A stretch of DNA of 41,984 nt from Candidatus Peribacteraceae bacterium (GTDB lineage Bacteria > Patescibacteriota > Gracilibacteria > Peribacterales > Peribacteraceae), in contig JABFSS010000104.1 in the NCBI GenBank assembly GCA_013140485.1, forward strand, positions 1-41,984, read 5' to 3'. Positions within the stretch are counted from its first letter, which is position 1; each line of letters opens with the position of its first letter. The notes below the pieces were generated by a model. It ran no database searches. It worked only from the letters and a program-made list of their open reading frames with translations, and was not told the DNA's origin. The position numbers and the translations under genes are program-made. Below, in pieces: positions 9,262 to 18,210 of this stretch.

Positions 9262-9398
9262 AAGAAGTTCTCGGCATGACGATCCCCGAAGTGGAGCTGT
9301 ACGTCGGGGAATACACCGAGGACCGGAAGAAGCAAATTGAGATCGAGACGAACATCGTAACCGCGGGGATCGCAAAAGCGTTCAATGGCAACCGGTAA
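9174..9398 (+). CDS. -1 frameshift extension of the tail chaperone (gpGT-like)
   Basis: T TTA AAA AAA AG at 9174-9185; the -1 frame is open for 71 codons (KRRRIRGDSTWPAVFYVLRAKCGFSLKEVLGMTIPEVELY...) to TAA 9396-9398, overlapping the TMP start. Confidence 0.85.
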   Translation, partial: FKKKRRRIRGDSTWPAVFYVLRAKCGFSLKEVLGMTIPEVELYVGEYTEDRKKQIEIETNIVTAGIAKAFNGNR

Positions 9399-11397
9399 CG
9401 TCGTCGAAGTCGTAGTCAAGGCACGGGATGAGGCAAGCGCAGTATTCCAGGCGCTCTCCCGCGGGGTGGATACCCATGCCGAGGCGTTCAAAAAGGCCGG
9501 CTTGATCATGACCGGCGCCGGCGCGGCGATCACCGGATCCATGGCGCTGTTCGTCAAGGCGGCCGCCGACTCCGAGCGGGCATGGTCCATCGTCACGCAG
9601 CAGGTGGCCAACACCGGGCTGTCGGTGGAGCAGACCGTTCCCAAGATCAAGGCGTTCTCCACGGCCATGATGGAGCTGACCGGGCACAGCGACGAAGCGG
9701 TCGGCGCGATCGTGGCCCGCATGCTGCCCGCCACCAAGGACCTGGACACCGCCATGCGGGCCACGCAGGCCTCGCTGGACCTGGCCGCCACCGGGTTCGT
9801 GAACCTGGACTCCGCGCAGCGCGTCGTCGCGCAGGCCATGGACGGCAACGTGGAAGCGCTCCGGCGGTACGTGCCCGGGCTGCGCAACCTCACCCAGGAG
9901 CAGATCAACGCCATGACGGCCACGCAGAAGCAGGAGCTGGCGCTGAAGTCCATCCAGCAGGTGTTCGGCAGCCTGGCCGCGAAAGAGGGGGCGTCCCTGC
10001 AGGGCCGGATGGCAGCGCTCAAGCAGACGTTCGGGGAGCTTCAGGAAACGCTCGGCGTGCAGCTGCTGCCGGTGGTGATCCGGATGACCGAATCCCTCCG
10101 GCAGCTGGTGGCCGGCTTCAAGCAGTTTGCCGATGAACACCCGGTGCTGACCAAGGTGATGGTCGGTTCCGCGGCGATCATGGGTGTTTTGCTGACCGTC
10201 ATCGGAGCGATCGGACTGGCGCTCCCGGCCTTGATTGCAGGCTTCGCCGCGGTTCCGGGCGTCCTGCAGGCCGTTTTCATCATCGTGGGGCCGCTGGTGG
10301 CGGCCTGGGGGCTCATGGAGATCGCCATCAAGGGGATCAACTTTGTGGTGGAGAAGGCGATTGCTCTCTGGAACAAGCTGGCCGACGCCGTCAAGCGGGC
10401 CAAAGGGTTTCTGTTCGGCGGCGGCGAAGCAGAAGCAGCTGTCGCGGCCGGGCCCGGGCCTGCGGGGCTGCCGCAGGCACAGATGGGTGGACTGTCGACC
10501 GGTGGGCTATTGCCCCCAGGGGGGGGTGGATCCGCCGAGGCGGTTGGTCCCATGGGCTTCAACCGGGAGCAGCTGCAGGGGCTTATGCAGGAACTGCTGG
10601 AAACCACCCGGATGACCAGCGAGGAGATCAAGGTCGTCTTCGAGGAAATGGGGATCGCCATTGACGAACAGCTGGTCGCGCGCGCGCAGACCAGCCGGGA
10701 TTTCTTCCGGGGCATCATGGACGGTTTGGCCGAATACAGCGAGTTCATCACCCAGCGGATCGGGACCGGCTGGGATACCGTTCAGGGCTTCATGAAGAAC
10801 TTCACGGCCACGACGCTGAAAACGTTCCACCAGGGTATGAGCAGCGCCCTGTCCTCGATCGTGCTGGGGACCGCCACGGCCAAAGAAGCCTTCTCGCAGT
10901 TGGGCCAGCAGATGGTCAAGTCGATCGTGGATTTCATGGCTGAAATGGCCATTTCGTTCGTCACCTCCAAGATCCTGCACGTGGTGGCGGCGAAGGTGGC
11001 AGCCGTGACCGGCTCAGCCGTGGCCAGCGCGTGGGCGCCGGCGGCCGCGTTCGTGTCCCTGGCGACGTTCGGCGGAAACGCCGGACCGGCGGCGGCCGGG
11101 ATCGCTGGCGTGGTGGGGTTGGCGCAGGGGATTGCAACCGCCTCCGCCGGCGTTACGGCCTTAGCCAAGGGCGGCATCGTCACGGAGCCGACGTTGGCGC
11201 TGATCGGTGAGCGCGGTCCGGAGGCGGTGATCCCTCTGAATAAGGCCGGCGGCATGGGCGGCGTGAACGTCACCATGAACATCCCCGGGCTGACGGTCCG
11301 GTCCGATGACGACATTCGGACGATCGCTGTCAAGATCGCCGAGGAGCTGGGCTACATGATGGAACTGGGGCTGCGCCGCCCGGTCACGGTGGGCTGA
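9385..11397 (+). CDS. Tape measure protein
   Basis: 670 aa Ala/Gly-rich helical protein; V.ARDEAS start; C-terminal LAKGGIVT.PTLALIGERGPEAVIPL. Confidence 0.92.
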   Translation: MATGNVVEVVVKARDEASAVFQALSRGVDTHAEAFKKAGLIMTGAGAAITGSMALFVKAAADSERAWSIVTQQVANTGLSVEQTVPKIKAFSTAMMELTGHSDEAVGAIVARMLPATKDLDTAMRATQASLDLAATGFVNLDSAQRVVAQAMDGNVEALRRYVPGLRNLTQEQINAMTATQKQELALKSIQQVFGSLAAKEGASLQGRMAALKQTFGELQETLGVQLLPVVIRMTESLRQLVAGFKQFADEHPVLTKVMVGSAAIMGVLLTVIGAIGLALPALIAGFAAVPGVLQAVFIIVGPLVAAWGLMEIAIKGINFVVEKAIALWNKLADAVKRAKGFLFGGGEAEAAVAAGPGPAGLPQAQMGGLSTGGLLPPGGGGSAEAVGPMGFNREQLQGLMQELLETTRMTSEEIKVVFEEMGIAIDEQLVARAQTSRDFFRGIMDGLAEYSEFITQRIGTGWDTVQGFMKNFTATTLKTFHQGMSSALSSIVLGTATAKEAFSQLGQQMVKSIVDFMAEMAISFVTSKILHVVAAKVAAVTGSAVASAWAPAAAFVSLATFGGNAGPAAAGIAGVVGLAQGIATASAGVTALAKGGIVTEPTLALIGERGPEAVIPLNKAGGMGGVNVTMNIPGLTVRSDDDIRTIAVKIAEELGYMMELGLRRPVTVG

Positions 11398-12143
11398 TGC
11401 CATCCACCCTGCAGCTGCGGTTCGGGACCGCCAACCTGGACGACCTGGTCGAGGAGTGGAGCGAGGAATACGATCGCCGGGACAACGTCGTGCTGCTGCC
11501 TCGGCTGGACGGCGCCAAGATTGACGTCGGCAAGTTTGGGGCCCGCCGGATCAAGGTCCGTGGCCAGCTGGTGGGCGCAACCTTGGCGGCCACGCAGACC
11601 TCCTGGGACGCGATCGTGAAGGAGCTGAACAACGGCAAGCAGTACCTGACCATCTACAACGACCGGCGTATTGAGGCGCAGCGGGACTCTCTCTCCTACC
11701 GGTATCGCGCCGGCACGCCACTGACCGTCGTGCTGTTCAGCGTGGGCTTCGTGGCGGCCGCGCCTTTCTGGGAAAGCACCTCTCTGACCACGACGCCACA
11801 GGTGATTTCCTCCAGCCCCACCACCTTCGGGGTCACGAATGGGGGATCCGCCTACGCGCGGCCGAAGATCACGCTGACCGCGGACCAGGGGAACACGATC
11901 ACCAGCGTCACGTTTGAGAACACCACCAACGGCAAGAAGTGGACCTGGAGCGGGACCGTAGCGACCAGCAAGGCACTGGTGGTGGATACGGACGTCGGCA
12001 CCGTCAAGAACGACGGCGTCGACGCGCTGGCCACTTTCAACGGGGATCTGGTTCAGTTCATCTTGGACGCTGGCAGCAATAGCCTCAAATACACCGGCCA
12101 AAACTGCACGATCAGCGTAGAACACCGAGACCGATACGCCTAA
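11397..12143 (+). CDS. Distal tail protein (Dit-like)
   Basis: Follows TMP; R.I.V.G, F.A..PFW, VTNGGS..A.P.IT, L..GSN.L motifs. Confidence 0.8.
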   Translation: MPSTLQLRFGTANLDDLVEEWSEEYDRRDNVVLLPRLDGAKIDVGKFGARRIKVRGQLVGATLAATQTSWDAIVKELNNGKQYLTIYNDRRIEAQRDSLSYRYRAGTPLTVVLFSVGFVAAAPFWESTSLTTTPQVISSSPTTFGVTNGGSAYARPKITLTADQGNTITSVTFENTTNGKKWTWSGTVATSKALVVDTDVGTVKNDGVDALATFNGDLVQFILDAGSNSLKYTGQNCTISVEHRDRYA

Positions 12144-12277
12144 ACCAATCGGAGGGTCAGATGATCCAGGCAGTCCAGTGCTACTGCAGCTGGCCAGCAT
12201 TACGCACGCTGGCATCGAGCAGGATCATTTTTTGGAGCTTGGGTTGACCGACGTGCGCCAGATGACCGAGCAGAAAC

Positions 12278-12706
12278 ATGGATAGGCCGATCCGAATTCT
12301 TAAGCCGCTGGTGGATCTAAAGAATTACATTCTATGGATTGATTCCGTATCGGGCCGATGGGTGAAGGAGCCGATCACAGAAAAAGCGTACCAGGATCTT
12401 GCCGTGTCGAGATTCCCGAATAAGCCGTCAGGGTTTAACGGTTCTCAGACAGAATGGGAAACGGCCTGGTCTACCGGGAAAGCAAAAGCAATCGGCGGGA
12501 GATATATCGACGGAGAAACGCAGCTTGGGGATGCGATTGTCCATGACGACGCGATGGTTCAGATTTTCCTCGGAGATCTCGACAACGAGGGGAGCTTGAA
12601 GATTCCCTGGCAAGATTACACAGGCGAGCCGGGCAAGCTGACGACGATCAGCCTAATTCCGATTCCTGGCGTGACTATCGTGAACGGCATTATAAAGGGG
12701 CTCTGA
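12278..12706 (+). CDS. Hypothetical protein
   Basis: Open ORF coupled (TGATG) to the next gene; visibly more AT-rich than flanks. Confidence 0.65.
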   Translation: MDRPIRILKPLVDLKNYILWIDSVSGRWVKEPITEKAYQDLAVSRFPNKPSGFNGSQTEWETAWSTGKAKAIGGRYIDGETQLGDAIVHDDAMVQIFLGDLDNEGSLKIPWQDYTGEPGKLTTISLIPIPGVTIVNGIIKGL

Positions 12707-13401
12707 TGGCGATTGCTCTGGATGTGAGCGATACCGGGAACGTGGCGGCCGCCAGTTCGCTTACTTTTTCTCATACCTGTACCGGATCGAATTTAATGTT
12801 GATCGTCGGGGCGCACGCAGAAGACGCCACCACCGCAGACCGAGTCGTAAACAGCGTCACCTACGCCGCAGTAGGAATGACAAAGATCGACGAGCAATCA
12901 GTCAACGGAACGAACACGTCTTCTCAATGGTATTTGTTTGGCCCTGCAACGGGGGCGAATAATGTAGTGATTACCTGGGCCGGAACCGTTGCCGCTGGAA
13001 TTGGTGTAGCCACCAGTCTTACTGGTGTTGCACAGCAGGCCCCGGAAGCCTTTGCTAAAAATAGCGGGACCGGAAGTTCGCCGATCACCGTGACCGTTAC
13101 GACGGTGACCGTTGATGCCTGGGTTGTGGATTCGGCGCAGATCGCAGATCACCAGAAAACCTTGACACCCGGAGCGGGTCAAATCCAGCTCTCTCAACTT
13201 TCAGATGGAAATCTTAGAGTGATCGCTACCTATGAAGGGCCTGTTGCGACCCCTGCTGCAACCGTGATGAGCAATTCTTGGGTCAACAACAACAGAGACT
13301 GGGCGACGGTGGCGGCCGCTTATGCGGAGGCGGCAGCTGGTGGATCCACACAGCCGCCTCGATCAATGCACCAATTTCGACTAAGGAGGGGGAACATCTA
13401 A
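12706..13401 (+). CDS. Putative virion beta-rich adhesin/structural protein
   Basis: Thr/Ser/Ala-rich, LTFSHTC.GSN.MLIV and VTY...MT motifs; tail region. Confidence 0.65.
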   Translation: MAIALDVSDTGNVAAASSLTFSHTCTGSNLMLIVGAHAEDATTADRVVNSVTYAAVGMTKIDEQSVNGTNTSSQWYLFGPATGANNVVITWAGTVAAGIGVATSLTGVAQQAPEAFAKNSGTGSSPITVTVTTVTVDAWVVDSAQIADHQKTLTPGAGQIQLSQLSDGNLRVIATYEGPVATPAATVMSNSWVNNNRDWATVAAAYAEAAAGGSTQPPRSMHQFRLRRGNI

Positions 13402-14543
13402 TGTGGCTTAAACAGTCTACCGCTGTAACGCTGAAGCTCGGCCCGTTCGTGGATGATACTGACGGGAAAACTGCCGAAACAGCGCTGACGATTTCTCAGG
13501 CCGACGTGCGGCTTTCCAAGAACGGCGGCGATATGGCCCAAAAGAACGAAGCCACTTCTGCGACCCATGATGAGATCGGCTATTACGATGTGCCCCTTGA
13601 TGCCACCGACACGAACACCTTGGGCCGCCTGAGGGTTATGGTGCATGAGAGCGGAGCGTTGCCGGTTTGGATGGACTTCATGGTGGTTCCGGCGAACGTG
13701 TGGGATTCCCTGTTTGGGGCCGATACGCTCAAGACGGAGGTGGTGGAGATCTCGGGCGATACGGTGGCGGCGGACAACCTGGAAGCAGAATTCGACGGGA
13801 CCGGGTACAAGAGCTATTTGCGGCGGGCCACGGCTCAGGCGGGGGCGGCCGGGACGATCACGCTGGACGCTAGCGCATCGGCCACGGACGACCTGTTCAA
13901 CGGGTGCTTGGTGGCCATCATCAGCGGTACCGGGTTCGGGCAGGCACGGTTCATTAGCGATTACGTCGGCTCCACGAAGGTTGCGACCATCACGCCGAAC
14001 TGGATCACCAACCCGTCGTCGGATTCCGTGTTCCTGATCCTTCCGCGCGGGCGCGTGGATGTCGGGTTCCTGGCTGGGACCGCGCAGACGGCCGGGGATC
14101 TCGCCGCGCTGATCAACACGATCGACGATTTCTTAGACACCGAGATCGCCGCGATTAAAGCGAAGACGGACAACCTACCGTCAGACCCTGCCGACGCCAG
14201 CGACATTGCCGCCGCGCTGACGATCATCGATGACTTCCTGGATACGGAAATCGCGGCGATCAAGGCCAAGACGGACCTAATCCCGGCCGCTCCGGCAGCC
14301 GTTGGGGATATTCCGACGGCCAACGCGAATGCGGATGCGCTGCTGGATCGCGCCGCCGGCGTGGAAACCAGCTGGACCATCCGGCAGGCGATGCGGATCC
14401 TCCTAGCGGTGGCGGCCGGCAAGCTCTCCGGTGCGGCGACAACCACCGTGGCCATCCGGGACATGGCCGATTCGAAGGACCGGATCTCGGCGACGGTGGA
14501 CGCCAGCGGCAACCGATCGGCGGTCACGCGTGACGCAACCTAA
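13401..14543 (+). CDS. Tail fibre/structural protein with an internal repeat
   Basis: RBS AGGAGG, TAATG coupling; IDDFLDTEIAAIKAKTD occurs twice. Confidence 0.7.
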   Translation: MWLKQSTAVTLKLGPFVDDTDGKTAETALTISQADVRLSKNGGDMAQKNEATSATHDEIGYYDVPLDATDTNTLGRLRVMVHESGALPVWMDFMVVPANVWDSLFGADTLKTEVVEISGDTVAADNLEAEFDGTGYKSYLRRATAQAGAAGTITLDASASATDDLFNGCLVAIISGTGFGQARFISDYVGSTKVATITPNWITNPSSDSVFLILPRGRVDVGFLAGTAQTAGDLAALINTIDDFLDTEIAAIKAKTDNLPSDPADASDIAAALTIIDDFLDTEIAAIKAKTDLIPAAPAAVGDIPTANANADALLDRAAGVETSWTIRQAMRILLAVAAGKLSGAATTTVAIRDMADSKDRISATVDASGNRSAVTRDAT

Positions 14544-15757
14544 TGTTTGCAGGGCGTTTTTTCCCGGGGCGGTATTTCCCGCCGCGGTACTTCCCGCAGG
14601 TTGGCGCCGATCCCCCGGTTGTCATCGTCCAGGAATCGGGGATCGAGTACCTGGTGGAGCTGCGGGACAACAACTTCAACTTGGTGGGCCGGTTGGAGGA
14701 CGAGATCGAGTCCCTGCAGTGGGGCTACTCCCGCATCGGAGGCTGCGACGCGCTGCGGATGGTGCTGAACCGGAAGATCGAGGATTTCGGCAACCTGTCC
14801 GTGGACTACGACGTGCAGATCAAGCTGCGGAATCCGGCCACCAACGATTACGACCTGTGGTGGAGGGGCTTTCTGGAGCAGCGGGAGCCGATCTTCGGGG
14901 AGAAGGAGCGGGTGTCGGTGGACGGATTCGGCTACATCGCGCAACTGCAGCGGATCAACGTCAACCAGACGTACACCACCACCGAGGTCAGCGCGATCGT
15001 GGACGACATCCTGACCAACCTAATCGTGCCGAACACGAAGATCGTGCGCAACGCGGCCAAGATCGCCACTACCGGCGTGACGCTGGACAGCATCCAGTTC
15101 AAGGACGTGCCGGCGGACCAGGCGATCAAGACGCTGGCGGAAACGGTCGGCACGCGGGAGTGGGGCGTGGACCGCACGCGGGAGTTCTTCTTTCAGGCCC
15201 GGTCCAGCACGATCTTGAAGCGGTACATCGCGGGCAAGGACGTGGAGGAGTTCCGGGTGCTGGACTCCTTCGGCACGATCATCAACCGAGTGATCATCGA
15301 GGGCGGGGACGTGGCCGGCGTGAAGTTCCGGCGCGTGGTCTCGGACGCGGCCAGCATCACCAAGTATGGCCTGCGGGAGAGGGTTGTGGTCAACAACGCC
15401 ATCACGACCAACGCGGTGGCGGACGCTTATGGTGCGGCGATCTTGCGGGAGAGCGCCGCGCTGGCGCGGCGGGCCTCGGCATCGATCTACAAGGTGGAAT
15501 CGCTGATCGAAAGCTCCACGCCGTTGGGCACCATCATTTTGCGCGGGATCTTGGGTGGAACTACCTGGGGAACAAAGAAGTGGGGCACATTTCTCTGGGG
15601 TGGCGAGTTTTCCTATCAGCCCAACAACATCCGGTACAGTCTCAACCGCGGCGGCCGCCTGGATGTCCGGATCGAGCTGGGCCAGCGCCGACCGGAGTTG
15701 GTCGAGGTGATCCGGGAGATGGGCTTGCGGCTCGAGGAAGTCCGAGCGAGAGCATGA
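14543..15757 (+). CDS. Tail tip/baseplate hub-like protein
   Basis: About 400 aa; WGVD..REFFF, IINRVIIEG, SITKYGLRE motifs typical of hub proteins. Confidence 0.7.
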   Translation: MFAGRFFPGRYFPPRYFPQVGADPPVVIVQESGIEYLVELRDNNFNLVGRLEDEIESLQWGYSRIGGCDALRMVLNRKIEDFGNLSVDYDVQIKLRNPATNDYDLWWRGFLEQREPIFGEKERVSVDGFGYIAQLQRINVNQTYTTTEVSAIVDDILTNLIVPNTKIVRNAAKIATTGVTLDSIQFKDVPADQAIKTLAETVGTREWGVDRTREFFFQARSSTILKRYIAGKDVEEFRVLDSFGTIINRVIIEGGDVAGVKFRRVVSDAASITKYGLRERVVVNNAITTNAVADAYGAAILRESAALARRASASIYKVESLIESSTPLGTIILRGILGGTTWGTKKWGTFLWGGEFSYQPNNIRYSLNRGGRLDVRIELGQRRPELVEVIREMGLRLEEVRARA

Positions 15758-15820
15758 AGCGGATTTTTTGCCTGAGAAATTTACGGATAGTCCATCAACT
15801 TTGATCTGGGGAGGCCAGCT

Positions 15821-16195
15821 ATGAGTTGGAAGAATGCCCAGAAAGGGCAATTGATCACATTGACGTTCGGGGAACACAACGTGCTGGAACGGTTTCCTAT
15901 GGCGGCCGGGCTCAGTGCGGAGTGGATCCAGGAGATCCCGCCTTGCGCAAAGTGTGGCAATGACGACGTTGTCACCACTGTCCATCTTGTTGAGGAGGCC
16001 ATTCTGTTACTGCCGGCGCCGGCCTACGAGCGTCTAAAAAAAGAGGTCGGACCCGAGGGGATTAAAGAACAGGTGGTGATCGTGCTGGTCTGCGCGGACC
16101 AGCGGATCCTCCGGATTGACAGCTCGCTGCGAAACGAAGCGTCACTGCGCCAGCTCGTGCTTGACAAATCAACGCTGTACAAGAGGCTGGCGTAA
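15821..16195 (+). CDS. Hypothetical protein with CxxC
   Basis: RBS GGGAGG; CAKC motif. Confidence 0.65.
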   Translation: MSWKNAQKGQLITLTFGEHNVLERFPMAAGLSAEWIQEIPPCAKCGNDDVVTTVHLVEEAILLLPAPAYERLKKEVGPEGIKEQVVIVLVCADQRILRIDSSLRNEASLRQLVLDKSTLYKRLA

Positions 16196-16198
16196 CCC

Positions 16199-17302
16199 GT
16201 GGGCACCGCTGTTTATCCGGGAGCTATCAAGACCTACGTCGACCTGATCGACAACGTGGACCTGGCGCAGGCCAGCCAGCCCAACAGTCTCCAGGACGAA
16301 GTCACGGCGATCCAGACGTACTTGGGCCTGCTCGTTCAAGGGCCGGACTCCACGATCCTGGAACGGCTCCGGCGCGGCCCGGTTCAAACGCTGACGAATA
16401 AATCGGGCGCTTCCCGGGCCGCTGGCGATGTAGTCGTTCAAGACACCGGAAACGACGCTGCTTTCGCGACCACTACCACCGCCAACCTGAAACGGAACGT
16501 ATACGTGGTTCGGGAAACCATCGCTGACAATGCCGTCGGAGCGGTTCAGTCGAGCGGCCGGGTCGTCACCGTGAAAGTGACCGGGGCGGTCGTCAAGGGC
16601 AACGTGCTTGTCACCTCGACTACGTCGACACGCGCGAAGGACGGCGGGTCCGCCGACCTCGTAGATGGTGCCTTCGCGCGTGCACTCACGGCGAACGCCA
16701 GTGGGGACGGGACCGTGGAGGCCCAGCTGTTCGGAGCGACGTTGCTGGCTTCAAATGCGCAGCGGGCCGACAATCTTTTGAAAAACGGATCGTTTGAGGA
16801 ATACACGGGGGCCGATGCTGACAACTGGACGCGGGCTGGAGATTTAGCTTCAGGGCATGGGCAGGATACAGGCAGCGGGCAATTTGGAAACAGCTCTGAT
16901 ATTACGGTGGTCAATCCGGCCGGTACGGGAACCTTAACTCAGACGCCGCTTGCAACGATCAGCGCAATCGTGAACACCTATTTTCGAGGCAAAACATTTT
17001 CTGGATGGTGCCGGGTGCGGCAAGCGAGCGGCGCAGCGTCAATCACGGCGCAACTGCGAATCAGCGACGGGGTGGGGAACACCGACGGAGCCGCCGTTGC
17101 GCTTCCTGATGACGGTAGCTGGGTTACTCTGGAAGTGACGAGAGCGATTGATGCGGCGGCAACTTCACTTGCGCTGCAAGTACGGTTAATCAATGGAGCG
17201 GGTGGAACCTGTTCTTTTCGGACGGATGGCGCCTGCCTGGTCCTGGGCACGATCCCGACCGAATTTCTGGCCCACCCGGACGATGCGGCGGCCTACGCTT
17301 AA
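16199..17302 (+). CDS. Tail fibre/receptor-binding protein with a C-terminal carbohydrate-binding-like domain
   Basis: N.LQDEV.AIQT.LG anchor; NLLKNGSFE...W CBM-like start; GTG start. Confidence 0.7.
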   Translation: MGTAVYPGAIKTYVDLIDNVDLAQASQPNSLQDEVTAIQTYLGLLVQGPDSTILERLRRGPVQTLTNKSGASRAAGDVVVQDTGNDAAFATTTTANLKRNVYVVRETIADNAVGAVQSSGRVVTVKVTGAVVKGNVLVTSTTSTRAKDGGSADLVDGAFARALTANASGDGTVEAQLFGATLLASNAQRADNLLKNGSFEEYTGADADNWTRAGDLASGHGQDTGSGQFGNSSDITVVNPAGTGTLTQTPLATISAIVNTYFRGKTFSGWCRVRQASGAASITAQLRISDGVGNTDGAAVALPDDGSWVTLEVTRAIDAAATSLALQVRLINGAGGTCSFRTDGACLVLGTIPTEFLAHPDDAAAYA

Positions 17303-17335
17303 TGCTGTCGAATTGGAACCTGTAAGGAGGAACTC

Positions 17336-17824
17336 ATGAAAGATTTTGTCTGGACGTTGCTGTTCGCTCCGTTCGTGGCGGCCTATCTCTGGCAGCTGGG
17401 CGGCGCGGACGTTCCGCAGAAGGTGAACTGGCTGGAGGGGAAGTATTGGCGGCGCTTCGGTGTCCCGCTTTTCCTCGCTTTCAACTCGATCGCTTGCAGC
17501 ATCTTCTGGGGGGTCACCGCCATCGCCGCGATCGGGCTTTGCATCGCTGCCAGCGAAGGGTACGGCAAGCTGATTGATCAGCGCAACTGGAAGGCGCTCT
17601 GGCTGCTGGGCCTTCGTCTCAGCGTTCCGGCTTTGATCCTCACCATCAGTGCTGGCGCATGGCTCTGGGTCCCGATCTGCGCCCTGCCGGCGGTGGTCTG
17701 GGTGGGATCCGTCTGGCTCTCCAATCACCCGAGCATCAGGATGCCCTGGAAGCTGGCCGAAGGACTCACCGGGTTTTCTGCGATTGCGGCCTGCGTGCCG
17801 GCATGGATCGTCAAATTCTTGTGA
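17336..17824 (+). CDS. Multi-pass membrane protein
   Basis: RBS AAGGAGG; several hydrophobic segments. Confidence 0.75.
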   Translation: MKDFVWTLLFAPFVAAYLWQLGGADVPQKVNWLEGKYWRRFGVPLFLAFNSIACSIFWGVTAIAAIGLCIAASEGYGKLIDQRNWKALWLLGLRLSVPALILTISAGAWLWVPICALPAVVWVGSVWLSNHPSIRMPWKLAEGLTGFSAIAACVPAWIVKFL

Positions 17825-18117
17825 ACAGGGATCCGAGCGAGTCGACGGACCGGCAGATCTACGACCGGAGAAACGATGTTGGGAGTAAGGTTTTCTGGTC
17901 CATCATGACCGGCATCCTGACGACTATTTTCCTCGGATCACTTGGGTTGGGGATCCGGAACTACGAGATCAACAATCGGCAGGACATCGAGCTGACCACG
18001 GTCCGGGAATATATGAAAACCCAGGCGCGGTTGAACGACAAGCTCGACGCCATCCTGGATGGCAGCAAGCGACTCCCTGGAGTTTTCTACCAGGACGACC
18101 AAAGAAGGATGCGATGA
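17821..18117 (+). CDS. Holin-like single-TM protein
   Basis: GTGA coupling; DRR, TM segment, then coiled coil; end of the late operon. Confidence 0.5.
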   Translation: MNRDPSESTDRQIYDRRNDVGSKVFWSIMTGILTTIFLGSLGLGIRNYEINNRQDIELTTVREYMKTQARLNDKLDAILDGSKRLPGVFYQDDQRRMR

Positions 18118-18210
18118 AAACACTCGCGGAGGCGGAGAGGGTAAGAAGCTGACAATCGTTGGAATGGCCCCTCGTGATATGGGCGCGAGGAACACACGAG
18201 GGAGGATAGC

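Noticed and set aside
12144..12286. Short ORFs or frameshift extension after Dit
   Set aside because: A 28-codon ORF follows GGAGG and a 50+ codon open frame lacks a start; no slippery site or motif supports either
12278..17302. Diversity-generating retroelement or invertible tail fibre cassette
   Set aside because: No reverse transcriptase, no adenine-specific TR/VR pair, no invertase and no inverted fibre segments noticed
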